Source: an uncultured Trueperaceae bacterium (GTDB lineage: Bacteria > Deinococcota > Deinococci > Deinococcales > Trueperaceae). From it: a stretch of DNA of 64,000 nucleotides. The DNA lies in the NCBI GenBank assembly GCA_963727505.1, contig CAVSGP010000002.1, positions 128,001 to 192,000 of the forward strand. The letters run 5' to 3'. Below the pieces are notes generated by a model that was not told where the DNA came from, searched no databases, and saw only the letters and a program-made list of their open reading frames with translations. Positions 1-9,487 of the stretch are shown one piece after another (the stretch's first letter is position 1; the number at the start of each line of letters is the position of its first letter). The position numbers and the translations under genes are program-made.

Positions 1-504
1 GGCGACCCGCGAACCGTCCTCGAGCCCGGAAGGGAGCATCTCGGCGCCCAGGCCTGCCCGCACGAGCTCCGGCACGGTGCCCTGCAGCGCCTGTTGGAGC
101 TGGGCTCGGATGCCCGCGTCGGTCACCGATGCGAGGGCCGCCGAGCCTCCGCCCTGGATGGTCTTGTCGGCCATCACGCCGGCGATCCTGTTGATCGCCT
201 GATCCACCGTGAAGGTGGGCACCTCGGTCGGGTCAGCGTAGACTTCGACGCCCGGAAGCAACGTGAGCTTCTGTCCCGGCTGGTAAGCGGCGCCGGTCCG
301 GACCGCCAGCCCGGCGTTGCCCGAACCCTGGGGCATCAGCGTGAGCGCGAGCATCTCGTGCAGCACCGGCAAAGCACGCTGGCGGACGGTCAGCTCGCTC
401 AGGCTGAAGGCCAGGGTGGCGACCGCCAGGGCAAGCACCAGAAGGATGGCGCTCAGCCACTTGACGTCACGATGCCAGGCGGGGCTTCGTTCGGTTCGCA
501 GCAT
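1..504 (-). CDS. Hypothetical membrane-anchored protein (runs off the window edge; C-terminus missing)
   Basis: Not in the ORF track. ATG at 504 follows GAGGAG. The frame is open to base 1: MLRTERSPAWHRDVKWLSAILLVLALAVATLAFSL..., with an N-terminal hydrophobic helix. Confidence 0.75.
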   Translation of the reverse strand, partial: MLRTERSPAWHRDVKWLSAILLVLALAVATLAFSLSELTVRQRALPVLHEMLALTLMPQGSGNAGLAVRTGAAYQPGQKLTLLPGVEVYADPTEVPTFTVDQAINRIAGVMADKTIQGGGSAALASVTDAGIRAQLQQALQGTVPELVRAGLGAEMLPSGLEDGSRVA

Positions 505-640
505 CGACTCCTCATCCTCGGGGCGGCCGCGGGCGGCGCCCCTGGCCCGCGGGCGGGCGTTGGCCCAGCTTACCGTGTCGGCCCCCGGCTCCGTCAGCCC
601 GACGGCCGACAGCCTTGAGAGCGGCGCGTATCCTGGTCCC

Positions 641-1672
641 ATGCCCGATGCCGATCCCAAGGCCATCACCGTCGTCCCGCTGATGGGCCCGCTCCACCTG
701 CGGCTTCCTCAGTACAACGCGGTCAGCGTACTGCGCTCCGTCGAGGCGTACGAGCCGAGCGTGGTGGCGCTCGCACCGCTCGCGCCCGGCTCGCTGGCGG
801 ACCCCGCATGGCAGGACTGTCTGGAGCTCCCGCTGCCCCACACCGTCGTGCCGTGGGCGCGCCGCACCGGCACGCCGCTGGCCGAGGTCGGCTACCGCAC
901 CGCCGACGAGGGCGCCGAGAACGAGTTCCGCGGCTACCTGCAGTCGTACGACGGGGGTCGCGCACTGCTGGCTTCGGTCGACGCCGAGGAACGCCCCGTC
1001 CGCGAGCTGCTCGAGCGCCCGTTGACGCTCGACAACGTGCTCGATGAGCTGGTGCCGGCCGTTGAGCGCTTCCAGCAGCGGCGTCGCGAGGCCTTCGGGG
1101 AGGGGCCCGGCACCGGCTGGCAGGAGCAACGCGCCGCGAAGACGGTCGAGGCGGTGCTGGCGCTCGAAGGCGAACGGGTGGCGCTGCTCGCCGGCGTCGA
1201 CGACGTTCCTGCGCTGCAGGCGGCGCTGGCGGGGCGCGCCCGGCTCCAACGCTCGCCTCGACCGGCCGTCGACGACGCGGTGAGGCGCCGCAGCCTGCTC
1301 GACTACGCCATGCGCGGCGAAGCGCCCGACCCCGAAGCCCTGCTCGGGCAGCTCCAGGAGATCGACGAGCCGGAGGCGCGCTACATGGAGGCCAACCTGC
1401 TGCTGCAGGTCGGCGAGATCCAGGAGGCGCTGGAGGTGCTGGAGCACACCAGCACGCTGGACTTCGTCGAGCCCTACTACCTGCCGGGCTTCCTGCTCTC
1501 GCGCCTCGGTCAGCTCTACGACCTGGTCGGGCGACGCGACGCCGCCCTGCGCGCCTACCGCGGCGTGCGGGCGCTCGGCTACGCTCCCGCCGAGGCCGTG
1601 AGCGCCGCCGAGGCCGGGCTCGAGCGCCCCTTCACGCTGGGCGAGGCGGAGCCGGTCCCGACGGAGCGCTGA
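641..1672 (+). CDS. Hypothetical protein: N-terminal alpha/beta (TraB/ChaN-like) domain plus C-terminal TPR-like helices
   Basis: ATG 641 lies 6 nt after TATCCT (leaderless pattern). TPR-like segments EARYMEANLLLQVGEIQEALEVL and LSRLGQLYDLVGRRDAALRAY. Confidence 0.7.
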   Translation: MPDADPKAITVVPLMGPLHLRLPQYNAVSVLRSVEAYEPSVVALAPLAPGSLADPAWQDCLELPLPHTVVPWARRTGTPLAEVGYRTADEGAENEFRGYLQSYDGGRALLASVDAEERPVRELLERPLTLDNVLDELVPAVERFQQRRREAFGEGPGTGWQEQRAAKTVEAVLALEGERVALLAGVDDVPALQAALAGRARLQRSPRPAVDDAVRRRSLLDYAMRGEAPDPEALLGQLQEIDEPEARYMEANLLLQVGEIQEALEVLEHTSTLDFVEPYYLPGFLLSRLGQLYDLVGRRDAALRAYRGVRALGYAPAEAVSAAEAGLERPFTLGEAEPVPTER

Positions 1673-1786
1673 CCCGGCGGAACCGGAGGGCGGTTCCCGG
1701 GCTCGGTCCCGTCGAGTACAATCGCTCCATCCCACTCGTGGTCGTAGGCACCACCCGGGCGACAGGCAACAACGGGGGGAGCGCTC

Positions 1787-3487
1787 GTGTCGGGGCGCGG
1801 CACGGGAGGTAAGGGGCCGAGGGTGAAGCGTCGCACCGTCATCGTGGCTGCAACGGTCGCCGTCCTGGTGGTGGCGGCCGCGCTGTCCTACACCGCGTCG
1901 CTGTTGGCGCTTCCGGCGGCCGCGCTGGTGCTCACCCTCACGATCGCCACCCGCCGCAGGCCGTCGCTCGGCTGGCGCCTCGCCACGCTCGGCAGCGCCC
2001 TGTGGACGGTCGAGGAAAGCATCTGGGCCTACGTGCGGCTCGGCGGTGGGCCCGAACACATCCTGCTGACCGACCTCGCTTCGTATGGCGGGGCCGCCCT
2101 GTGGGTGGCCGCACTCCTCGTGATGAGCGGTCGCCGGCGGCCGACGCTGCTGTCGCTACCGTTCCTGCCCGCGCTCGCGTTGCTGATCTGGATCGACACG
2201 CGCGACGCGCCGCTCACGCTGACCCTGCAGTTCCCCGTGGTGAACATCCTGCTGGTGCTGGCCACCCTGCCGGCGCTGGAGTCGGCGCTGCGCGGGCGCG
2301 CGTCCGAGGGCCGTCTGCTGTGGACCTTCGGCTTCTTCGTGCGCGCCCTCACCGCGGGCACGATGAGCTGGCTCTTCGCGGTGCCGGGACTCGGTCACAG
2401 CTTCTTCTTGTTGTGGCTCCTCCCCTACGCCTTCTTGGCCACCGGCGCGGCCATGGAGCTCAGCGACGCGGAGTCCGGCATGTGGGCGGCGGCGACCACC
2501 ATTCTCGGGCTGGAGGCGGTGTCGGGCATCATGTTGACACTCCTGTTCCGCAGCGGGCTGATCGGCCGCCCCGCCGCGGTGGGCATCGTCCTGTTGCTGG
2601 CTTACGTGCAGTTCGTGGGCATCATGCTGGTGCTGCTCTCCGATCGGCAGCGGCGCATCCGCGCCGAGCACGAGCTGAAGGCGTGGGGGGACGTGATCGA
2701 TCGCGTGGTCACCGTCGAGCCCGGCGAGCTCGGCACGCTCGGCACGCTGCACGCCCTGCTGGAGGCGCTTTCGACGCGACTCAACCATGTCAGCGGCGTC
2801 GAGGTGTACGCCGAGCGGCGCATCCGCGCGGGCGATCCGCACGGCTACGCCTTCCCGCTGGTGAGCAGCGGCACCGAGGTCGGCAGGCTCTACTTCACGC
2901 GGCAACCGCGCGAGACGGCGGTGCTCGACGCGGTGGCCCCCTTCCTGGCCGGTCGCATCCAGCAGGCGCTCGACCAGGCGGCCTGGCGTACGCGCGCCAT
3001 CACCGACCCGCTGACCGGCCTGCTCAACCGTCGCGGCTTCGAGCTGCGCTCGAGGAAGCTGCTCCAGAGCTCCCACGATCACGGCAAGCCCGTGAGCGTG
3101 GCCATGCTCGACCTCGACCACTTCAAGCGCGTCAACGACTTCTACGATCACGCGGCAGGCGATCACGCGCTGCGTGAGATGGCGTCGATCCTCGAACGCC
3201 ATCTGCGCGAGAACGACCTGGCCGCGCGCTGGGGCGGCGAGGAGTTCCTCGTCCTGCTCTACGACGCCGACCGCAACGCCGCCATCGAGGTGGTCCGGCG
3301 CATCCGGGCCGAGCTGCGGGCCAAGCCGCTCAGGCCGATCGCGTGGCCGCTGACGCTCTCCGTGGGGATCGCAGGGGGCGCGGTGCTGGACGATGCGGCC
3401 GACATCGAGAGCTGGATCGGCCAGGCCGACCGCGCCCTCATCCAGGCCAAGGTCCTGGGGCGCGACCGCATCGAAGCGGTCGCCTGA
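1787..3487 (+). CDS. Membrane-bound diguanylate cyclase (GGDEF)
   Basis: Multiple N-terminal TM helices; DPLTGLLNRR, DLDHFKRVND, RxxD I-site (REND) and GGEEF. Start could be 1823 instead. Confidence 0.9.
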   Translation: MSGRGTGGKGPRVKRRTVIVAATVAVLVVAAALSYTASLLALPAAALVLTLTIATRRRPSLGWRLATLGSALWTVEESIWAYVRLGGGPEHILLTDLASYGGAALWVAALLVMSGRRRPTLLSLPFLPALALLIWIDTRDAPLTLTLQFPVVNILLVLATLPALESALRGRASEGRLLWTFGFFVRALTAGTMSWLFAVPGLGHSFFLLWLLPYAFLATGAAMELSDAESGMWAAATTILGLEAVSGIMLTLLFRSGLIGRPAAVGIVLLLAYVQFVGIMLVLLSDRQRRIRAEHELKAWGDVIDRVVTVEPGELGTLGTLHALLEALSTRLNHVSGVEVYAERRIRAGDPHGYAFPLVSSGTEVGRLYFTRQPRETAVLDAVAPFLAGRIQQALDQAAWRTRAITDPLTGLLNRRGFELRSRKLLQSSHDHGKPVSVAMLDLDHFKRVNDFYDHAAGDHALREMASILERHLRENDLAARWGGEEFLVLLYDADRNAAIEVVRRIRAELRAKPLRPIAWPLTLSVGIAGGAVLDDAADIESWIGQADRALIQAKVLGRDRIEAVA

Positions 3488-3491
3488 CGCC

Positions 3492-4889
3492 GTGCCGACC
3501 CGCGTAACGCCGCCTTCCGCTCCGGACGCCCTGCCCCGCCGGATCCGCCTCGGGTACGGCGTCGGCGACCTGGGAGCGTCGCTCACCTTCGTCGGCATCA
3601 ACACCTGGCTGCTGTACTACCTGGTGAACGTCGCCGGCGTCGGCCCGGTGCGTGCCGGCCTGGTGTTCCTGCTCGGCCGCGCCTTCGACGCCGCGCTCGA
3701 TCCCGTGATGGGCATCCTCTCCGACCGCCTCCGCTGGCGGGTGGGGCGCCTGCCCTTCATCCGCTGGGGCGCGCCCTGGCTCGCGCTGCTCTTCGCCGCG
3801 CTCTGGGCGGTGCCCGGCTGGCTGCCCCGCCATGCCTTCGCCAGCGCTCTGGTGCTGACGCTGCTGTTCTCCCTCGCCTACACGGTCGTGCAGGTGCCGT
3901 ACATGGCCCTGACGCCGGAGCTCGCGCCCGATTACGACGAGCGCACCGCCCTCTCCAGCTACCGGGTCGCCTTCGGCACGCTGGCGTCCCTGCTGGCCGT
4001 CGCCCTGCCGCCCGTGGTGGTGCTGACGGTGGCGCCGGCGCCGGCGCTGGCGCGCAGCGCCCCCCAGGGCTGGGCGGTGATGGGGGCGCTGTTCGGCGCG
4101 CTCGCGCTGCTCGCCTACCTGTGGGTCGGCGTGGCGGTTCCCGAGCCCGCCCACCCCCCTCAGGAGCGCCCGCCCGCCACAGGCCTGCAGGACGTGCGCG
4201 AGGCGTTCGCGATCACCGGTTTCCGGGAACTCTTCGCGCTCTTCGTGGCGATCACGGTGGGGATCATGATCGTCAACTCCATGCTTCCGTTCTACCTGGA
4301 GTCGGCGCTTCGCATCCCCGGGGCCCAGCAGACGCCCGTACTCGGCTTGCTGTTCGCCACCGCGGTCGCGACGTTCCCACTGTGGAACCGGCTCTCCAAG
4401 CGCATCGGCAAGCGCGACGCGCTCACCCTGGGGCTGGCGGTGCTGGTGCTCGGGTTGCTGCCTCTCACGCTGTTCGCCCCGCCCGGACGGGTCAGCGCGG
4501 TCCTCATCGCACTGACGATGGTCGCGGGCTTCGGCCTCTCCGCGGTGATGCTCCTGCCCTGGGCGATGCTGCCCGACGTGGTCGAGTTCGACGAGCTCGC
4601 CTCGGGCCGGCGGCGCGAGGGGCTGGTGGCCGCCCTGTTCACCTTCGGCCAGAAGCTGGCGGGATCGGTCGGGGTCTTCGCCAACGCCATCGCGGCCGCG
4701 CTGTTCGGCTACGTGGCAGGCGCCGCGACACAGGCCCCGGGAACGGTGCTGGGGCTGCGTCTGATGACCGGTCCGGTGGCGGCCGTCGTGTTCGTCGCCG
4801 CCATCGTGCTGGTGCGCCGTTTCCCCATCACGCGCGCCAGCCACGCTGCCGCGCGCGCGGCGCTGGCGCAGCGCCGGCGCACGAGCTGA
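3492..4889 (+). CDS. MFS transporter, glycoside-pentoside-hexuronide (MelB-like) family
   Basis: GYGVGDLG, DAALDPVMGILSDR, PYMALTPELAPDYDERT, DVVEFDELASGRRREG; about 12 TM segments. Confidence 0.88.
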   Translation: MPTRVTPPSAPDALPRRIRLGYGVGDLGASLTFVGINTWLLYYLVNVAGVGPVRAGLVFLLGRAFDAALDPVMGILSDRLRWRVGRLPFIRWGAPWLALLFAALWAVPGWLPRHAFASALVLTLLFSLAYTVVQVPYMALTPELAPDYDERTALSSYRVAFGTLASLLAVALPPVVVLTVAPAPALARSAPQGWAVMGALFGALALLAYLWVGVAVPEPAHPPQERPPATGLQDVREAFAITGFRELFALFVAITVGIMIVNSMLPFYLESALRIPGAQQTPVLGLLFATAVATFPLWNRLSKRIGKRDALTLGLAVLVLGLLPLTLFAPPGRVSAVLIALTMVAGFGLSAVMLLPWAMLPDVVEFDELASGRRREGLVAALFTFGQKLAGSVGVFANAIAAALFGYVAGAATQAPGTVLGLRLMTGPVAAVVFVAAIVLVRRFPITRASHAAARAALAQRRRTS

Positions 4890-4962
4890 CCTCCGCGCGC
4901 GGGAACGGGGAGCCGCGACGCCCGCGCGCCTCGCGCCGGGCGGGCGCTATGATGAGCCATCG

Positions 4963-5301
4963 ATGCGTGAGCTGCTCTACAACGCCGCCAAGCACTTCAA
5001 GCGCGGTCGGTCCCTTGCTGAGCGGGGCGACGTCCGCGGCGCCATGCTCGCCTATCGCGACGCCCTGCTCGACCTCCACGCCGTGCGTCCGCAGCGCATG
5101 CGCGACGTGCTGTTGGCCCAGGTCTACCTGTCGCGCTACCAGATCGGCCGCGACGTCGACGCCGACGCCGCGGAGAGCGACCTGCGGATGGGCTACAGCT
5201 ACGCCCGGACCACGCACGAGCCTACCGTCCGGAAGCTGGCCGAGGAGCTCTGGCGAGAACGCCTGGGCGCGCTGCCCGACACGGCCTCCACGCCCGTCTA
5301 G
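4963..5301 (+). CDS. Small helical (TPR-like) hypothetical protein
   Basis: 112-aa ORF with typical codon usage; TATGAT 9 nt upstream; helical pattern HFKRGRSLAERGDVRGAMLAYRDAL. Confidence 0.65.
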   Translation: MRELLYNAAKHFKRGRSLAERGDVRGAMLAYRDALLDLHAVRPQRMRDVLLAQVYLSRYQIGRDVDADAAESDLRMGYSYARTTHEPTVRKLAEELWRERLGALPDTASTPV

Positions 5302-5363
5302 CGGGTACCTGAGACCGCCGGTGCCCCGCGCTTGCGCTGCTCCGGGCGGGTAGCATGGTCCGC

Positions 5364-6533
5364 ATGACCGCCCGCTCCCTGCTCGACCTCGCCGTTGCCG
5401 AGCGCGACGCCTACCTGGCCACCCTCGAAGGCCTCGTCACGCTCGAGTCCCCCACTCGCGACAAGCTCCTGTGCGATCGGCTCGCCGACCACCTGGCGGC
5501 GCTGCTCGGCCGGGACGGCTGGCAAGTCGATCGCCAGGCGCGCGACGAGGTCGGTGATGTCATCGTTGCCCGTCTGCCGGCCGACGCGGGGCCCGCCACG
5601 CTGCTGCTGTGCCACTACGATACGGTGTGGCCGTCGGGCACGCTGGCTGCCATGCCCTTCCGGCAGGAGGGGGAGCGGGTGTACGGCCCCGGCGCACTCG
5701 ACATGAAGGCGGGGATCGCCACCGCCATCCATGCCCAGCGCCTGATCCGCCAGGCCGGCGCCCGGCTGCGAGGCCCCGTCACGCTGCTCGTCACCTCCGA
5801 CGAGGAGATCGGCAGCCATCATTCGCGCGAGCTGATCGAGCGCCTGGCCGCGGAGCATCAGCGGGTCCTGGTGCTCGAGCCGGGCCGCGACGACGGCGCC
5901 CTGAAGATCGGCCGCAAGGGCGTGGGGCAGATCCAGCTCCAGCTCGAGGGCCGCAGCGCGCACGCCGGCAACAACCCCGAGGACGGCGCCAGTGCGCTGC
6001 GCGAGCTCGCCCACCTGCTGCTCTACGTCGAGGACCAGGGCGACGGTGAGGCCGGCACCACGGTCAACCTCACCGTGGCGCGGGGCGGGTCCACCGGCAA
6101 CGTCATCGCCGAGGAGGCCGACGCCGAGGTCGATCTGCGGGTCCTCAAGGCGTCGGAGGCCGCGCGCGTGATGCGCGCGCTCGCCGCCTTCGAGCCGCGC
6201 GACGAGCGCGTCGAGGTCCGGATCACGGGGGGACTCAACCGCCCACCACTGGAGCGGACCGAGGTCAACGAAGCGCTGTGGCGCGAGGCCCGGGAGCGCG
6301 GCGCGGCGCTCGGCCTGCAACTCGAGGGCGCGGTGGTGGGGGGCGGCTCGGACGGCTCGTTCACCTCTGCCCTCGGCGTCGCCACGCTCGACGGCCTCGG
6401 CTCGGTCGGTGCCGGGCCGCACGCGCGCCACGAGCACATCCGCGTGCCTGCCACGCTCGAACGGCTCGCGCTGGTGACGGCGTTGCTCGCCGACGCGGGC
6501 TCATCGACCTCGGGGGAGCCGGTGCTAGGCTGA
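5364..6533 (+). CDS. M20 family metallopeptidase (glutamate carboxypeptidase-like)
   Basis: HYDTV, GPGALDMKAG, DEEIGS, HAG, GGGSDG, C-terminal H..HE; leaderless TAGCAT-7-ATG. Confidence 0.9.
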   Translation: MTARSLLDLAVAERDAYLATLEGLVTLESPTRDKLLCDRLADHLAALLGRDGWQVDRQARDEVGDVIVARLPADAGPATLLLCHYDTVWPSGTLAAMPFRQEGERVYGPGALDMKAGIATAIHAQRLIRQAGARLRGPVTLLVTSDEEIGSHHSRELIERLAAEHQRVLVLEPGRDDGALKIGRKGVGQIQLQLEGRSAHAGNNPEDGASALRELAHLLLYVEDQGDGEAGTTVNLTVARGGSTGNVIAEEADAEVDLRVLKASEAARVMRALAAFEPRDERVEVRITGGLNRPPLERTEVNEALWREARERGAALGLQLEGAVVGGGSDGSFTSALGVATLDGLGSVGAGPHARHEHIRVPATLERLALVTALLADAGSSTSGEPVLG

Positions 6534-6538
6534 TCCGC

Positions 6539-8074
6539 ATGCTGGCCGTGCTCGTTACCGCCGCGTCCGGCGCGCTGCTGAGCCTGGCGCTGCCGCCGAC
6601 CGGCGTGTGGCCGCTCTTCCTGGCGCTGGCGCCGCTGTTCGTGCTGGTCGCGCGCGCGCCCTCTGCGCGGCGCGCATTCTGGCTGGGAGCGTCGTTCGCG
6701 CTCCCCTTCTTCGCCATCTACATCCTGTGGCTGCCACGAAGCTTCTCGCAGCCCAGCATGCTCGGGCCCTTCTTCTGGGGCGTGTTCCCGCTCCTGCTGG
6801 CCGCCCTCTGCCTCATCTGGGGCGCCGTGACCTTCCTCGCCCGCCTGCTCGGCGGTCGGGGGCCGGGAACGCTGTGGCTGCTGCCCGGCTTCTGGGTGCT
6901 GACGGAGTGGCTGCGCACCCAGGGCTACCTGGGGTTCCCCTGGGGCACGCTGGGCTACCTCTGGATGGGTTCGCCGGCCGCGCAAGCCGCCAGCGTCGTC
7001 GGCGTGTACGGCCTGAGCCTGCTGGCCGCGGCGGCGGCGGCGCTGGTGGCGGCGCCCTTCGTGCCGGCGCGCCGGGCACCGGCTCGACCGTCACCGGCGC
7101 GCCCGCCAGGCGGCACGCGCTGGCTGGCCCCGCTGCTTGCCGCGGCGCTGGTGGCCGGCGCCATGCTGTGGGGCGCGGCCGATCTTCGCCGGCCGCTGCC
7201 GCCAGCGGACCGCAGCGCCGTGCTGGTGCAGGGGAACGTCGACCCCTTCGGGCGCGCCATCAGCCCGGCCGGCGACCTCGTCATCCACACCGACCTGACC
7301 CGGCACGCTGTCGAGCGGCTGGGCCACGCCCCCACCTTCGTCGTCTGGCCGGAGGGAGCGGTGCTCGGCTACGACGTCGAGGGCGCGGCAGGTCAGCGCA
7401 CGCGCGCAGCCATCCAGGCCAGCGCGCCTGAGAGCGCCTTCATCGTCGGAGGGAGGGCCTTCGACCGCGGGAAGGATTACAACAGCGCCTACAGCCTGGC
7501 CGACGCGTCCGTGGTGGACCGCTACGACAAGGCCTACCTGGTGCCGTTCGGCGAACGCTGGCCCTTGCTGGAGACCGCGAAACCGCTGTACCGGGCGATC
7601 TTCGGGCTGTTCCACCTGCCGATGCTCATCAACACGGCGGCCGGCCCCGGCCCGGTACCGCTACGCACGCCGCGCGGGCCGGTGGCCACCTACATCTGCT
7701 ACGAGTCGGTGTTCCCGCAGGTGCAGCGGGTCATGGTGCGCGACGGAGCGCGGGTGCTGGTCAACATCACCAACGACGCCTGGTTCTCGAAAGGCAACGG
7801 CGCCGAGCAGCACTTCCTGATGGGCAACCTCCGCGCCATCGCCACGGGACGCTACCTGTTGCGCGCCGGCAACGACGGCATCACCGCCGTCGTCGACCCA
7901 CACGGCCGCGTCCTGCAGCGGCTCCCGCGGCACGTCGCGGCAGCCCTGACGGCGCACTTCGCGTTCCGAGACACGATCACGCCTTTCGTGCGTTACGGCC
8001 GCTGGTACATCCCCCTGCTGGCTGCACTCACTGCCCTCGTCGCTCTCGTGGTGGTCGCCCGCCGGCGTTCCTGA
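6539..8074 (+). CDS. lnt: Apolipoprotein N-acyltransferase
   Basis: TM region with GFPWG; QGN, WPE, K..LVPFGE, ICYE and TNDAWF give the nitrilase E-K-C triad. Confidence 0.95.
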   Translation: MLAVLVTAASGALLSLALPPTGVWPLFLALAPLFVLVARAPSARRAFWLGASFALPFFAIYILWLPRSFSQPSMLGPFFWGVFPLLLAALCLIWGAVTFLARLLGGRGPGTLWLLPGFWVLTEWLRTQGYLGFPWGTLGYLWMGSPAAQAASVVGVYGLSLLAAAAAALVAAPFVPARRAPARPSPARPPGGTRWLAPLLAAALVAGAMLWGAADLRRPLPPADRSAVLVQGNVDPFGRAISPAGDLVIHTDLTRHAVERLGHAPTFVVWPEGAVLGYDVEGAAGQRTRAAIQASAPESAFIVGGRAFDRGKDYNSAYSLADASVVDRYDKAYLVPFGERWPLLETAKPLYRAIFGLFHLPMLINTAAGPGPVPLRTPRGPVATYICYESVFPQVQRVMVRDGARVLVNITNDAWFSKGNGAEQHFLMGNLRAIATGRYLLRAGNDGITAVVDPHGRVLQRLPRHVAAALTAHFAFRDTITPFVRYGRWYIPLLAALTALVALVVVARRRS

Positions 8075-8136
8075 GACGCTCGCGAAGGGACAACGGCCCT
8101 TCGGCGGCCGGCAGCCCCGTGCTTTAATGCGGGCGT

Positions 8137-9483
8137 ATGAACGTCGTCATCGTCGGTGGTGGGGAGATCGGCTTGTTGATCGCCGAATCCCTGCACCGCA
8201 CCCACAACGTGACCGTCATGGACATGGAGGGCGAGCGGGAGACGGCGTTCGAGAGCATGGACGTGCAGTTCGTGCGCGGCAACGGCGCCGACCCCAGCGA
8301 CCTTCGTGCCGCCGGCGCCGAGCACGCCGACGCCTTCATCGCCTGCACCACCAACGACGACGTGAACGTCCTTGCCTGCCTCGCCGCCAAGGGCCTGGCA
8401 GACGTGGAGACGATGGCGTTCGTGACCCGTCAACGGTACGTCGACGCCTTCGCGGCAGCCGGCGCGTTCGAGACCATCGGCCTTGCGATCGACCGGGTGC
8501 TGTGGCCGCAGCGCACGCTGGCCCACCAGATCGCCGACATCGTGCGGGTGCCGCGGGCCCTGGCCAGCGCGGGCTTCGCGGGTGGACGGTTGACGATGCT
8601 GGAGTACCGGCTCGAGCCGCAGGACCCCTTCCTCGGCAAGCCCCTCGGCCAGGCCGAGCTCCCCGCCGGCGTGCTCGTCGCCGGGGCGATCCGCGGGGAC
8701 GCCTTCACCATCCCGTCGGGCACCACCGTGCTGGAGGCCGGGGACAAGGTCGTGTTCATGGGCATGGCCGAGCACATGCGCGCGCTCGAGCGCCGCTTCG
8801 CTCCGCGCCGGCGCTCGCACAACGTGGCGGTGGTGGGCGGCGGCAACGTCGGATTCATGGTGGCGGAGCAGCTCGCAGGGGACCGCGCCAACATCACCAT
8901 CATCGAGCAGAACGAGGCGCGCTGCGAGAAGCTGGCGCAGTGGTTGCCGCACGCGCTGGTGCTCAAGGGCGACGGCACCGACCTGGAGCTGCTGCAACAG
9001 GAGCGCATCGAGGACGCCGACGTGATGGTGGCCGTCACCGACGACGACGGCAAGAACCTGCTGGTGTCGTTGCTCAGCAAGCAGCTCGGCATCCCCAAGG
9101 TCATCACCCGCGTGGGCCGCAGCCGCAACCGCCGCCTGTTCGAGCGCGTCGGCATCGACGCGCCCCTCACGCCGCGCGCCGCCGCCGTTCAGGAGGTGCT
9201 GAACTGGCTCCGCGTCGACGAGGTCGATCACCTGGCGTCCATCGAGGACCGCGCCGAGGTGATGGAGCTCAGCTACCCCGCGGGCTGCCAGGAGGGCAAG
9301 GTCCGCGACATCGGGGCCCCGCGCGACAGTCTCATCGGCGCCATCCTGCGCGACAAGACGGTGTTCGTGCCCCATGGCGACACCATGGTGCGCCAGGGCG
9401 ACCATCTCTTCATCGTCACCACCCCGGACAACACCGGGGCGGTCGAGCGCTGGCTCGAGGCGCGGCGCGCCGTGCCGAGCTGA
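8137..9483 (+). CDS. trkA: Trk potassium uptake regulatory subunit
   Basis: Two RCK repeats, each with GxGxxG (GGGEIG, GGGNVG); 448 aa; directly upstream of trkH. Confidence 0.93.
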   Translation: MNVVIVGGGEIGLLIAESLHRTHNVTVMDMEGERETAFESMDVQFVRGNGADPSDLRAAGAEHADAFIACTTNDDVNVLACLAAKGLADVETMAFVTRQRYVDAFAAAGAFETIGLAIDRVLWPQRTLAHQIADIVRVPRALASAGFAGGRLTMLEYRLEPQDPFLGKPLGQAELPAGVLVAGAIRGDAFTIPSGTTVLEAGDKVVFMGMAEHMRALERRFAPRRRSHNVAVVGGGNVGFMVAEQLAGDRANITIIEQNEARCEKLAQWLPHALVLKGDGTDLELLQQERIEDADVMVAVTDDDGKNLLVSLLSKQLGIPKVITRVGRSRNRRLFERVGIDAPLTPRAAAVQEVLNWLRVDEVDHLASIEDRAEVMELSYPAGCQEGKVRDIGAPRDSLIGAILRDKTVFVPHGDTMVRQGDHLFIVTTPDNTGAVERWLEARRAVPS

Positions 9484-9487
9484 GCGC

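Noticed and set aside
1723..1790. c-di-GMP riboswitch ahead of the GGDEF gene
   Set aside because: The leader is too short and lacks the GEMM GNRA/receptor pattern.
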